DNA of 64,000 nt from Ramazzottius varieornatus (lineage: Eukaryota > Animalia > Tardigrada), in assembly GCA_001949185.1 (NCBI GenBank), contig BDGG01000009.1:1477624-1541623 (forward strand), in the 5' to 3' direction. How positions within the stretch are numbered: the stretch's first letter is position 1; each line of letters opens with the position of its first letter. Shown here piece by piece: positions 26,979 through 40,201 of this stretch. A program made the position numbers and the translations under genes. Below the pieces are notes generated by a model. The model was not told the DNA's origin. It saw only the letters and a list, made by a program, of their open reading frames with translations, and did not search any database.

Positions 26979-28107
26979 CTACCGCTTGAGGAAGACTGAC
27001 ACTGTTTTGAGGGCAAGATATCCGAAAATGACGGCATAACCGACCATCTCGCGCAAGTAACGATGATAGTTTTCCCTCTCCAACGTCTCCACTCGTTTGT
27101 ACAGGTCGACGACTAGCCGCGTCGCCGGCGTGTCGGGAAGGCCACTTCTTATGCCGTTTTGGCTCAGCGGTCCTCCAGCAGAGCGCAAGACCAAACTGTA
27201 AGAAAGAACTTGAAGGTCAGCTTCATCAGCAGCAAAGCGGAGCCACTCACTTTTTGCTCGAGCTTTGTCCGACGCTGCTCATGTTGACATCAGCTTGTAG
27301 CGCCAGCGCCTGTTCCATGTTGGCCTGGTCGGCAAAGGATGGGACATTTGAGGTATGGGAAAGCGCTGCGACATCTTTGAGGGAAGAAGTGGGGAAAGTG
27401 TGCTGGGAGACGGTCAGCGTCCTTGGAGGAGTCTGCACCGTCACCGTCGGCTCCGTCCGGAAGCTGTACAGCATGTCGTCCAGCTCCGACTCGCGAGGAC
27501 GATTCTCCCGTAGACCCACATGCTGGTCATTCCCTAAACAAGTTCAGAGATTGACAGTCATACTATGCCATCTAGAAACTAGGTGTTTCGCCACTTCAAG
27601 GACAGCTAGCTGGACACACCGTACACGTACCAGCTACAAGGATACGGTCAGGCACGGTCATTTGACGTGAAGTATCTCCCTGTCTAGCTCCGAACTCTGA
27701 AGCGAAAGCGTAAGGATCCTCTTCGTAATATGGGCGAATTTGCTCTGGCACCTGAAAGGAAACAAAATGCACCAGCATAGTGTTGAAGAATTTTCAGCAC
27801 AGGCAAGCCAATAAAAAATGGTTGGTTGGCCGTAACTGACTCTCATCTGCCTGCTGATGTCCTGCGAGAACTGCGAAGGAGGTACCAGAGGCTGACTGTC
27901 ACGAGCTAATGGTCCATGATTGTTTGCTCTGGTGTTGGCGCGATAGTGAGAAGTTTTGTAGTCGTCGCCAGCTGACTCTCCCACACCATTCTGAAAGGCG
28001 GAACGGCCGACAGAAGGAAGACGATCCCTAGCCAGTGTACCGTCACCACGAGCCAAGTTGTCCCGCTCCATCCCCATGCCGTCCATGTCCTCGGCCTGGT
28101 CTATCAT
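26979..28107 (-). CDS. MFF: mitochondrial fission factor (Mff/Tango11-like), tail-anchored
   Basis: Two Mff repeats (ISRQMRVPEQI, QMTVPDRILVAG); TPPRTLT; coiled coil then C-terminal TM (RVETLERENYHRYLREMVGYAVIFGYL). Confidence 0.85.
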
Positions 28108-30241
28108 CGCTGCAAAGAAAGATGGTTAACATCAACACAAAGCACTAACTGCTCCAACGACATCATATCATACGGATATCTCAGCAACCTTACCTCCAGA
28201 TTTCGACCAACCTGACGTTGGACTGCAGAACACTGGTCACTCTGCTGTCCCTGCTGGTCCTCGTCCAAGAGGCCCCACGTGCGTGTCTGTCAAACCGAAG
28301 CCATCCAACACCCACCTAGAGAGAATCTTTCGGAGAGTATGACTACAGATTTGGAAGCCTCTTCCTCGGAATTATGATCAAAATACAGATCATTCACATA
28401 AGCACATATGACAGGCATATGCCACAACTGAACATAGGAAAGCCAACCATCGATGCAAACAGCTGGGCATAAGAATGCTCGCCATCGACAAAACTTGTCG
28501 GTAAGGCGTGGCCAAACTACGCATGTTGCATTGACCAATTAAAACAATCGTCAGAATTAAGACAGACGCTTGATTGGCTGTATTACCTCACACAACGTCA
28601 TTTGACCACGCCTTGATGAAAAACTTTGCCCAGTGCTCAACATTTTTTTGTTATTTTTTCGGTTTTCCAAAAACACGTATTCTGGAGTTCTCGCGTCTTT
28701 TCAGCTGGAGACAACGTCAAGGCCCTGGTCAGGTAACTCGCACTTCTAAGTCACGATCTAGCCCGGGAAGATTATTCGAACACAGGGTCTGTGCAGTGTC
28801 CGATTAGGAGCTGTAAACAGAAGGTGCCCTTCCCGAATACTGTCATTCTGTCGAATGGCCTCCGTGCATGCGTAGATTACCAGTCAGATGTAGAGAGCGC
28901 GGAAGAATGAGAAACTAGACACTGTAGGTTCGCAACCGGTTCCTTTCGTACCGGTCGGGGAGAAAGGATAAGTGTTCTCATTGAAGTCCTCTATATTGTT
29001 CTCTGCCCACAGGCTGCAGCTACAGTGTACGACAAAATTAACCGTTAGAAATGGGCGTGACACTGCAACTAGAGCTTGTTTACAACTCAGCCAATGAGAA
29101 TTATGTCTTGCTGCATGTGCAAATTTCATTGGCTCTATCCATCTGGCTTCATCCAACACCCATTTTTAACGGTTTATTTTGTCGTACACTATAGGTAGGC
29201 TAAAAGCGTCCGCATCTCACATCTGTCTATACTCGTAATTGAAAATCAATCCTCTCTCGACAGGGAAAACAAGGTCGGAAGAAAGCCCAAGATGAATTAT
29301 TACTGTTTGCAGGCATGCGATGTGGAGAGCAAGGGACATTGTGAGGCGAGCCGCCAGCGAAAACTGGGAAGGAGTGGAGAGGTAGAGACGGGCCGGCCCC
29401 TGAAATTGAAGAACTCTACCAGCCCAGTCCACTTCTTGGTTCCGCCTCCAGAGTCTTCCACTCACAAATCCTACGCACGAAATCTGACCTAATTCAGCTC
29501 GAAATCAGCGTTTAATCAGCTTGTTATCTTATTTTGCTAGGGTTTTGATCAAAAAAGGCCATGAATTGGCATTAAACGAGCTTTCAATCCAGCTTTGTCT
29601 TGCGAACGAGATATCTGGCTGGGCTGGTAGTACTTGTAGGAGCTCGCTTGGGCAGGCACAGTGGGACTTTCCAAGTCAACGCTGAATATTTACAAGAAGT
29701 TAAGCCGTCCGATAATCGAGCCACTTTAATCTTGTGTACGTTATAGTGGATGATTGTCGACTTGGTGGTCGTGCTTCTTTCCCGCTGTTGGGTCGCCGCA
29801 TCGTATCAGTCTATACTGTATTGTACATGACTGTAGGGTGCTGCGGGCTGATTCAGGAGCTATTTCCGGCGTAGCCTCCAGCCAAGTCGTTGCCGACCGA
29901 CAACCGTGCTGCTGGCTCGGCCAGTAGACGGAATCATAACCATGTTATCCCGGTCGATAGCAGCGTAACATCAGCGGCTGAGAACGGAGCTAGAGAGAGC
30001 CCAGGCCAGTATAGCCAGTGAGTTTGACTGTGGGGCTGATGGCTGAGGGACTGGAAGGAAGCAGCAGACTGTATTGATGAGCAAGAGCTGCATGTGTAGG
30101 GGCAGTGCTGAAAGATGGATCGGGGAAAAAGGTTTTCCTTGCAAAAATGACTCCCACGATGTGGAACTAGTAATCTTAATTAAAATTTGCGATCAGGCTT
30201 GACTTAACATAAGCGCCTGTATTGGCGGCTCTTCCTCCATT

Positions 30242-31960
30242 ATGACACCTGCCGGATTTTGCTTTTGCCTGCTAGCTCTTGTGCTTTGCCTTGTCAGTGC
30301 AACGCTACGGATCGAGCCAAAGACCAGTGGTGGATTTTTATTATCAAACGGAAGTGCCTCTGCTAGAAAAGAGCTTTTTCTGCGGCCTGGTGAATCGTTA
30401 ACCTTGACATGCACCAGCGACTGGCCAGGACGCCCGCTGAACTGGACGCGAGTGCTGCAGCGAGACCAGGATCCCTCGGTTGTCGTCCGAGGTATCTCGG
30501 GCACCTCCGTCACCCTCAACTCTATTCGAGGAAGTGATGGTGGAGACTATGTCTGTTCGGATGGCACATCCAAGGTCTCCTATTTCGTCAATGTATGGGA
30601 CAATCAGTCTCTGGTTCCGCAGAACGTCCTGACCAATGGAACTTATGTTCACGTCTACCTCAAGTGCCATCAGAGATTCGCCTTTAATTTCCCCCTCACC
30701 TGGACGCGTAAAGTGGGCGATACAACTTACATTCTCAACGACCATCCGGCCGACGATAAAAATTATACTATCGGTGGCGATGAAGACGGATATCATCTGA
30801 GCATTTTCAACCACGAGTATCGCCGATATCCGCTGAAGGTGATTCAATTTCCTTTTCGTGGAGCTTCATGCCGTATTTCAGCGGCACCTTTTCCGTCCTG
30901 CATGGTCTCAAAGTTAGTTGTCTAATAATCAATTTGCGTTTTAGACCGGTCAATATCAGTGTCAGCTGAACACTTCGAGGCACAGCATTCCAGCAGGACT
31001 TCAACCACTCCAGCAAACTGTGACATACGAGGGTACCTCACTATTTTTCGGAAAATAACTGTATTGACTGTTGAAGAGCTGGAGACTAATAAGACTCGTT
31101 TTGTCTGTACGAGTACGGAAAAGTGTATGGTTTGCTGAATAACGTTGGTTGGCGGCGTACTATTCAAAAATTTCCTGTTGTATGAAAGGATCTCGGTGAT
31201 GGTCTTCTTCATTGAGTTTATTTGTTTTTGCAGCTACTCCAGATGTCAGGATCGATGGAGAACGTTCGGCAACGACGGCATCGCCCTTTACCGCCACCTG
31301 TATTTACTCAGGAGCTGCCAACGATCGAGTGAGGTGGATTTTCACCAATGATAGCGGCGAGCACGAGACAGCCAGAAAGATTGTCCTGGTTGATTACGAT
31401 GACGTCCTGATTCCCTGTCCGAATGCCGCTGGAACGGAAGACCCCGATCGGAAGTGTTTGGCGGAGAACCCACGAGTTAGTCTGACGAGAGATCGCAGTT
31501 TGGAGAACTCATCGACTGTTCATGAGCACACATCCGTGCTTTATATCAGCAATACAACGCTGGAAGACCGTGGAACCTATGAGTGTTTCGTTCGCTCTGA
31601 TCACGGGGTAAGTACCTCCTTCCGCAAAACCTTAGGCACGATCGTCAGGTCGACATGTCAATATTGCAGGAAAACACCGCGGCGACATTCTTGCGGATAA
31701 AAGGCAAGAAAAGACCAGCTCGACAAATGACTCTGTATCAACAAGACTTATAGTTGATTTTTGCAGATAAATACGCCGCCTTGTGGCCGGCCATCGGTGT
31801 ACTAGCAGAGATCGTACTTTTACTGTTGATCATTTTCCTCTGTGAAAGAAGAAGAAGTAGAGTGGAAGAAGAGGAAGAGGCTCGCCAGCCGCTAAATGCT
31901 AACGCGCAGAACAACAACGCAAGCGCAGAACCTGCAGTGGCGATACGGAACCGGAAATGA
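30242..31960 (+). CDS. BSG: basigin/neuroplastin-like Ig-domain membrane protein (3 Ig domains)
   Basis: Signal peptide; DGGDYVC, TGQYQC, DRGTYEC; TM LRIKDKYAALWPAIGVLAEIVLLLLIIFLCERRR with intramembrane Glu. Confidence 0.88.
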
Positions 31961-32318
31961 TGATTGCACATGAAGTGCTCTTCCCCATAAATCGTTTGCC
32001 TGTGGCCGTTTGAACTCTGTAATAGTTTGTCATTTAGTGATATTGAAGAGCATTAACGTGATTACCTGATAGTGTTCGTCGCTTGATGTTGATCTACCAG
32101 TGAATTAAGGGTGCGAGTACAGTATATCTCCAGCAGGGAACCCATCCCGTTGAATTCTTAGAGTGATATTAGAAGAGCAATCGATAAATGTACATGTGAA
32201 AGTTTCTCCGACGGTGAAGTTTAAAGTCCAAGTTCTTTACCATGCTTAAAGACGCACTATAGTCATAGACGGCTGGTCTATAACGTTAACGTGGAGCCTT
32301 GGTGGCGGACTCTAAACA

Positions 32319-32435
32319 GCGGACCTGCCATGAGGTTCGCTCGGTATCCGAACCCCCCTGTAATGTTAGTTGGATATCACGACATGACGTGACATGATAA
32401 TATTAATATCTGACATGGACATGTCACACCTAACC
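32319..32435 (+). repeat. dispersed repeat, copy A
   Basis: Homologous to the reverse complement of 42460-42568 (GCGGACCTGC...ATGTTA...GACATGAC...ATGTCACACCTAACC). Confidence 0.6.
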
Positions 32436-32844
32436 CCTCAAACGGTCAAACTGAAACCTCTCCGATTTAGCTGACTCGGCTGCTGTGGCTTCTACGTTTG
32501 ATTTTAATTCGGATGAGTCTGCTGGGAAACTGGATGTAAACATTAAGACATTATTAAGTTGCCACCGCCAGACGAAAGTCCCACTGTTGCTAAGATGAGT
32601 TGCAACGTCACTCATAAGCGCAGCAGCTGATCAGAGCTTTGAATAGTTGGGCAGCCACCATGCTTCCCAATGCTAGCCAATCGTAACTACGATTACGCTA
32701 TTTTTCGAAAATAAGGGGAGCTCCGGAAAGCAGAATGTGGTTACACGTCACGAAATGGGCGGAGCAAGGCCGTAGCTACAGTTGCAAAGTGAACGGGAAT
32801 GGCAACTTAATCTCTATAATGTTGTTGTGCTTTATTACGACAAC

Positions 32845-34018
32845 ATGACTACGCAGAGTTTCTCTGGGGTAGAGATCTCAAACACCAGGCCAACCTCTCA
32901 GTAAGTCTTCGTGGTATCAACAAGAAAGGCTGCATTACTCTTTTGCAGGTACATGCGCCACAGGACCATGGACGATGCTTTATTGCAGAATCTCCTCTCG
33001 GGCTTATCGCTGAACGGTCAGGTTGTCTCCAGCCCTTCCACTGCTGCCAGTTTACATCCTGACGGTGGGCTCTCCGATGCATACAGCAAATCATTCCATC
33101 CAAGGAATGGTGTCTCGGAGTATGATCGACAGAAGATGGTGGAAGCGGAACGGAACGAACGTATCATGGCCCGTAAGCAGCAGCTTGTCGAGCTGGGTCA
33201 GAGCCGCGGTATCCACTATGTCACCTACGGCGGAGAAGATCACTTGCACCAAATCATGGACCTCATCACCCGCGACTTTTCCGAACCCTATTCCATATAC
33301 ACCTACAGGTACTTCATATACCAGTGGCCCAAGCTATGCCATCTGGTGAGTATTTCCCCTGTGAGCTCGTTCACCTAGTATACTGTACGTAGTCTGGCCA
33401 AACGGATCATAATGTTGGCTTTCTTTTTTCTTGCAGGCGTTGAATGCTGATGAGAAAGTTGTTGGCGCCATTGTCTGCAAGATGGAGAACACGAAAAGCC
33501 CTTTCGGAGCTGGTGATCCAGTCCGCCGTGGATATATCGCCATGCTAGCCGTGGATAAATCCGAACGCCGCGCTAAAATCGGTTAGTAGCGATTCAGACG
33601 GGTTCTTCGGTCGTTTCGCTTAACCGCGCAAGGCTTTTGCTTCTCAGGAACCGCTCTGGTGGTCAGCGCGGTGGAATCTCTTATGAACTACAGCTGTGAC
33701 GAGGTAAGATGTGCCAAAGAAGTATCTTCCCGTAGGCATTTCTACGCCTGATGCTGCCATAGTGTTGTCATGTTATTGTAGGTCGTGTTAGAAACGGAGA
33801 CGACAAACCAAGCAGCTCTTCGTTTATACGAGAACCTCGGCTTCGCCAGACATAAGCGTTTGTTAAAGTATTATCTGAATGGCGTAGATGCTTTCAGACT
33901 CAAGTTATGGTTGCGTTTCCCTCCGAGTAATCGCGAGAAGAGCAGTCTTGCTCCGGCACAGACTGGACAAGCCACCCAAGCGGAAGAAGACTCAACTGCA
34001 ACTGTGCAGAATAGCTGA
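32845..34018 (+). CDS. NAA30: N-alpha-acetyltransferase 30 (NatC catalytic subunit, Mak3)
   Basis: [17 protein letters not shown]; VGAIVCK; [11 protein letters not shown]; [40 protein letters not shown]. Confidence 0.95.
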
Positions 34019-34061
34019 TCGTCTTGAGTGGATTCTAGTTCCTCTTCTGTAGGCCTTGGCT

Positions 34062-35052
34062 TCAGAAGTCGGTGCGCGGTCGGTTATTGATGTATCGCAT
34101 CAGTTTACCGTTGCTCATTATTCTCTTGCGCAGCTCGGTGGGGTATTTGTAGTAGGAGAAGTAGTTCATGTCGATGATGGTGGCGGACATGAGTTGTTCC
34201 AAAAGCGAGTATACCGCCAAGTCTGCGTAGGTTAGCTGAAGAAGATAACATCTATTCATTGTTATGGTAATCAATTCATATCACGTTGACACTAATTTAT
34301 CCAGCAACACCGCAAGGCACAACCTTGGGGCCTTGGCGTTAATATTGTACTGGCCTTTGATCCCACGATATAGCCGTATTCCTCACTGTAGACCTTTTGA
34401 AACTGATCCAGATAGAGGAGGAAGTCCGGTAGCGTGCTTTCCATGAAGACTCGCTTCATATTTTCCTTCTTGCTGGATCGTTCTTCGAACATGAATTCCA
34501 GGTGGCTTGCCAAGACGTCGTCGGCCGCTTCCGCCACGGAATCCGCCAGAGCCTGTTCATAGGGCGTCCGTCCACGCAGCCCTGCACGTCAGAAGATGGG
34601 GCAACTCTTGACCCTCCATAACTTCAATGTCACCAATGGTGCTTACCGAATTCCGTGGCCAGATATCTGGCGATGGCCATAGATTGGCCCAGCTGTACGC
34701 CGTTGAAATCCAAGACCGGCAAAGTTTTGAAAGGCGTGTCATCTTTTAGGGCGGGCCAAGAAGCTAGGTTTACTCGAATATCCTCGTAATCAACTCCAGC
34801 AGCGCCCAGGATGAATCTCGCCAGTTCGCCTGCCGGTTCAATATCAAATCTGAAAACTGTTTATTCAAAAACGAAGCTTATTCAAGTCTCACCTCTGCAG
34901 CGTATATCAAAATAGTAGAAACGAAATCGCTTCTCCGGAGAATGGACGTTAGTTCGTTCGAATTCGCCAGCAGGCAAGGTCTCCGGACTGCTGATGCCAC
35001 TGCTTAATTGACGAACCGGGTTGATCACTGGAGCGCGACTGATCCGCGACAT
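34062..35052 (-). CDS. sigma-class glutathione S-transferase with N-terminal extension
   Basis: YFDIRCRGELARFILGAAGVDYEDIR; TPFKTLPVL; QSMAIARYLA; LTYADLAV; YINNRPRTDF. Start codon uncertain. Confidence 0.85.
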
Positions 35053-36059
35053 GATGAAGGGCAACTCGTTGCGAAGATCTTCCTCGAGAACAAGACGGAC
35101 AGGTCCAGCAGAGAATAAGATTAACTTGACGGCGGTAGCAATGACAGTATCCAGATGTTTGCGCTTCCACGTTGGCGTTCTCATGCGCCACTCAAGTCTC
35201 CGGCTGAAACATTCTGCCCAGCAGGTTCTTCCATCGGAATATCGAGCTTGAAAATATGACAGGATATGACACAGATGAAGTCGAAACGGTAGACGCCAAC
35301 GGGAATTTTTCTCACCAACCACGCCCAAGGCGACGCCTGCCCTGGAACTGCCGTCAGCATATAGGAACTCACTTCCCTTAGCATTCATCGAAAGCCCATC
35401 ATGGCCATTCTCTCCAGCAAGCGATCCGCCAAAAACTGACTTGAAGTCATGTGGCAGCAAAATCACCTTTCAGCGAAGGCACGTCACGTCACGTCACGTC
35501 AAAAACCAACATTAGCAGAACGGAACGTTCACACGGGGCAAAACGTTTGTTTAGCACAGCGGAAAATTTGTTCGCTAGTCAGATATATACCCGTGTTCTC
35601 ACAACTCGTACTCGTAGGAACCGCAGCGAGTGAGGGCAGATTAGTCGTCTCTTCGTACGAGCTATTGTAGTACTGTAAGCCAACCTACCGGGTATGCATA
35701 CTGATTACTGCAAAATATTCAGTTAGGAATCATCAGTCAAGCAAACAGTGAGGTGCCAAACAAATATTGATCCGACAGCTTTGCGATGAAAGGAAGAAGG
35801 CTGTATTGAGTAAGAGGACTGTTAAAGGTTTATCCACTTAAATGGGCTGGATATCACGTCGAACAATTCGTATTGTACAGATCACTCACGGTTCGGTGAG
35901 GCTGTTTTTCCAGAGCACTGACGGGCACCACAGAGTTCAACTAGGCCTTCTACACGTGTCGAGGCGGGAACAAGCATCTAACGTCTTTGGTAACAGAGTG
36001 TTGGCATCCGTATACTCGAGGAGCTTGCTTGACGACAGTAAGGGTTCGTGGGAGGAGAA

Positions 36060-36886
36060 TCAAGCTTCTTTTTGCGGGATGGCGACTGGTGCAGCTGCAA
36101 CAGGTGCAGCCGTGCCCTGCCTGACAACGAAGGCTATGTAGGTGTTCCATAACAAGCTCACCGCACTGAAAAGATAGTCAAATACAGAAACTGTCGAGGA
36201 TGCATCAGGCGCTAACGGGAACTTCTTGCCTACCTTCCAAACAATATTCTCTGGTTGAAAGGTACGAGGTAAAAATTGATGAGCTGAGCTGCCGGCCATA
36301 ACTTGTAGTTGTTCATCAAGACTGGCCACCAGTTTTGCTCGACATTCCTCTTGGCTCCATCCCAACCTGCGCAGAGAGCCATAAAAAGTTCCATGGATCA
36401 TCTTCGTGAAATAACTGTTGACGAAATGAGGGAGCTTATACTGACCGTTGCCTTCAACGAATTGCATGACGCAAAGAAAGGCCGCCAAGGATATGGGTGC
36501 GAAACAGAACTGGTCCAAGGCCACCTTCTTCAGCGGAGCGTACTTGCTGGGCTTCACCACCCTCTCCAGTGTCCACAGCCATGTCCGCACAACGGGGAAT
36601 GTGTAGCACAAACTGATGGTAGTGAACTTGAGCAAGCTTGGCAGATCCAAGTCGGACAGTGGTCGCCTCTCCACGACCGTCTGCGCCAAAATATTTCCTT
36701 AACAATGACAAATCCAGGTAAATTTACAGCGTCTTACCGGTGGATAGCATAGCGAAACCTTACACTTTTACCAAGAAACGGAAGAACAAGCCTACCCAGT
36801 CCCGCGAAGATGATGGTGGTTATGGCTTGCGTCTTGATGGGATGAGCGTCGGTGATAGTCAGATACCTCCTCCACACGGTAGCCAT
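36060..36886 (-). CDS. Mpv17/PMP22 family protein
   Basis: HPIKTQAITT; LAQTVVE; KKVALDQFCFAP; NNYKLWPAAQLINF; LLWNTYI. Confidence 0.88.
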
Positions 36887-37910
36887 AACATTACCCTGTC
36901 CGCCGGTCGTAGAAGCGTCGGATTTCGTCGAGAAAAATCGCGTAGACAAGCCTAGTAATAGCACAGGGATCAACCATGAGATGTGTTACTGAGGTTGTTG
37001 GACCGGATGGTCGGGCCATACAGCAGTATCTTAAACAATCCATGGTTACAAAACGCGATAATGCTACATTATAGATGGCTTACCTGCCCGTCGAGCGAAG
37101 AGAGGGAACGGTAGTCTTCGAAGATTGTTGCTCAAAATGACCATCACACATCCGGCGTGCCCAAACGCCATACAGTAGACTACTTCGCTCACATCAGCAC
37201 ACAACAATGTTGTTCTTAGCCCGGGAAAACTGCAAATAATGCGACGGAATCTTGTTATTTAAACGACGAAAGCGTTGACGATTGACGAAAATATTTCAAA
37301 TAATCATCTTCACGACTTTGCGGTACCTGCACTTTTGCCGCCGTGGTGGACCATACAGTTAAAGTACGGTGGACAAGCAAGCCAGTTCAACCGATCAACT
37401 AACGGTTCACAATTGTGACATCACTGCGGACTGTGCCCGGGATGGCTGGCCATACACCGCCATTGGCCCATATCACTATCCGAAAAAGTTGGTAGCGAAC
37501 GAGCACTGTCGAGCAGCAAAGCAGCCAGCTGTTCGGAGTTCGGAACTTCGGACGCACTCTGGTTTGTTTTGACGATTAAAAGTTTACGCCTAAAAAGTCT
37601 CTGGGAAGTTCCGTGACTTCCGTCCATTTAGGATTTGTTCCCCATTGCTGCGGTCTGTCTTCCAACTTAACCATGTGGTCCGTGTCTGTCCGCTTCTAAT
37701 CTGAAGCAGGTGGGCCATCTTGTGTTGGAGAGCTAACGAAACGTGCGCTGTACTGTGCCTTGACTGCCTGACGTGTGCTCTGCAGAGTCTCAGCATCCAA
37801 GGTACAGCAGATACATTTACCGTAACGCTGTTGTACTGTGATATTCGCTGAGGTATGTGGATTGAAGTCATGGGCTTTGGGTTCCAGTTAACGAGATCTC
37901 ACACTTGATC

Positions 37911-38905
37911 ATGCCCCCATCGCCGGTCACGACGCTGGCGATTTGCAGCCGTGCAGCTTGTCGGCAGCTATGCTCATCACTGCGCCCTTCCCTCAGCCGC
38001 CATGTGCCTTCGCAAAGAGCACTCGCCACTTCCACTCAAAAATGTTATCAGGGTGAGTATCGCAGAATTGTAAGCTAGCTACCGTGGAACTGGCTAGCTG
38101 CTGTCCCGCTCGATGAACGTTGCTTGCGAATGACATGTTCAGCCTACGCTTCAAGAGAGCAACTTCCGCTTTCATTTAACTATCTTGTTTGTGTATTTTC
38201 CTTAACAGAACTTTCGCCCATGCAGAAAAGAATTTTGGTGTGGACGAAGAAGTATCCATCGGTGGATAAAATCCCGGAGGAAGTACCGTAAGTGGGCTAA
38301 ACATATCATGGGTTACCGTATACGGTGTGCGCCTTTGTTGATGAGTGGTCGATGTATCAGTCTAGCTAAGTTTTTCTCTTTGTGTATTCCAGAGAGGCGG
38401 TCATGTCCAAAGCTGTCGACAAGTTCCGGTGGAAAGTGGCGGTAATCTTGATGGTTCTGACTGTCCTTGGGAGTTTCGGAATGATCGTCTCCGGCAAAAG
38501 GTGAAGTGTGGCTGGCAGTACATGGACATTTTCCGTCAGCTTGAAAGTATTACAGTAGTATGGATCGTGGAGCGCTTCTCTGTTGGGTAGTGCTGTGATT
38601 TCACTTCGGCGTTGCGGTTCTTGGCTGTGACCATTACGCGAACGATGTGGGGGCACCGCAGTGACCGCTCACCTTTTGTATGGTCTTTCCGGTCCGCCGA
38701 AGTCACGGTCGCTAGCTAGTTTGTTACTTTCGCGATGGTTCGACCACTGTGTCTGCTGTTCAGCAGTGTTATCATTTCCGAAATTTGCCATCGGTTTACA
38801 ACATTGTGTTAATTTCTTAGAGCTGCCGCAAGAGGCGAATCGATGACAAAAAGGGGACTGGAGTGGCACGAGCAATTGCGGCCGGGGTCCACCAGCAGAG
38901 ATTAG
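37911..38905 (+). CDS. FAM162: FAM162/UPF0389 mitochondrial membrane protein (4 exons)
   Basis: Arg/Ser-rich presequence; QKRILVWTKKYPSVDKIPEEVP; TM; MIVSGKRAAARGESMTK..LEWH. Confidence 0.85.
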
Positions 38906-39449
38906 CACCCTCGTTAAGTCTGCGGGTCGGCTGTGAAGGTTGGGATGTTTGACAAAGCTACAGGTCTTTGTTTCGTTGATATTTGAGAGCGCTGCTTCTA
39001 TGCCTTCGGTGGTGCTGATCTGGCACCTTTCCAGTAACATGAAGCTTTTGGCGGCGCTGTCCCTGTTATCGTTCTTTTTTCATCGATCTTATTGTGTTTG
39101 TTAGCAGTAAGGAGTTTTACTCGATGGTGTAGTCTGATGCTTACATTGGGAGATCGCGCCGACTTGCCATATGTGATAAGATATTGATCGAAAGCATTTC
39201 CTCTGTGCTTTTACCTTGCTTCAAGTTTGATATTCGTGCCCGATTACAGAGTGTGATATGATCGATCCTGTTCAAACTTTCCCCCGTGTGGCTCGTTTCC
39301 GCACTGATGAGAGATTTCTTGCAAATATCCTCGGAGCAGTAAGAACAGAGGGGATAGCCTTGCAACTAGCTACAATTTTTTCTTCCGTCACGGCCCGCGG
39401 CCTTTAGTTCATAAGGCTAGATCGCCGCCGCTCGTCAGTTTCCCCTACC

Positions 39450-39810
39450 ATGCCTTACGTTCTGGTCAGCACGGAAATTCGGCTGGAGTGCGGACCCTGT
39501 ATCGTCGGGGATGGCGAGGCGGACCCAGAACTGATGGATTATTTGGGCGCCAAAATACTAACCTTCTACGGCAACACTTTCCCCGAATACCGTACACCGC
39601 TGGTTCCTCGGGTGGTTTTGAACAAGCTCGAAGCTAGAGGTTATAAAGTCATCGCTGTAAGTTCTCTATAGTCCCTTTGGCAAACTGCTTAGACGCAGTT
39701 TCGTGCTTCCATTTGATGACTGACTGGTTAAACGCTTACAGATGTCGGGGGTCGGCCAAGCCTGCGTTTGGACACTGCACAAGCCCGAAGACGACAAGGA
39801 AAATAATTAG
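39450..39810 (+). CDS. GCHFR: GTP cyclohydrolase I feedback regulatory protein
   Basis: MPYVLVSTEIRLECGP.IVGD..ADPELMDYLGA...PRVVLNKLE.RGYKV + MSGVGQACVWTLHK. Confidence 0.95.
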
Positions 39811-40201
39811 CTCCGGATAGTAAAAAGACGCAGTCTCAAAGATCCCAGCTTGAATGTTTCGTCAATCCATCGACCTCCTGGCTGGCACGCTACTCTCACA
39901 TCGCAAATTCCAGGCGAATTCATTCCTGTCTAATTTTAAGTTTTAATTCGAATTTCGTCCTAATTGTTTGGCAAAGATGAAGCGTAACAGTCCGGTCGTC
40001 TCACTCTCTCTGCTGGCTCTGTCGTATCCAAGGAAGCATGTTACAGACCCAAATAAGAATGTGCTGCATAAAAAAAGCAGGACTTGCTCAGTCCTGTTGA
40101 ATGTTGTTGTAACGCCCATCATCCGAAGAGATGACCTCGGTACCGAGAAAAGTCAAGTCAGTGATAGCGAGAGAGCACAGTCACTTTATGACCTGGTACA
40201 A

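Noticed and set aside
38199-38208. TCCTTAAC U12-type branch-like motif (also ATATCCTT at ~62985)
   Set aside because: The intron has a U2 donor (GTGAGT) and the motif abuts the AG; the second motif is on the non-coding strand.
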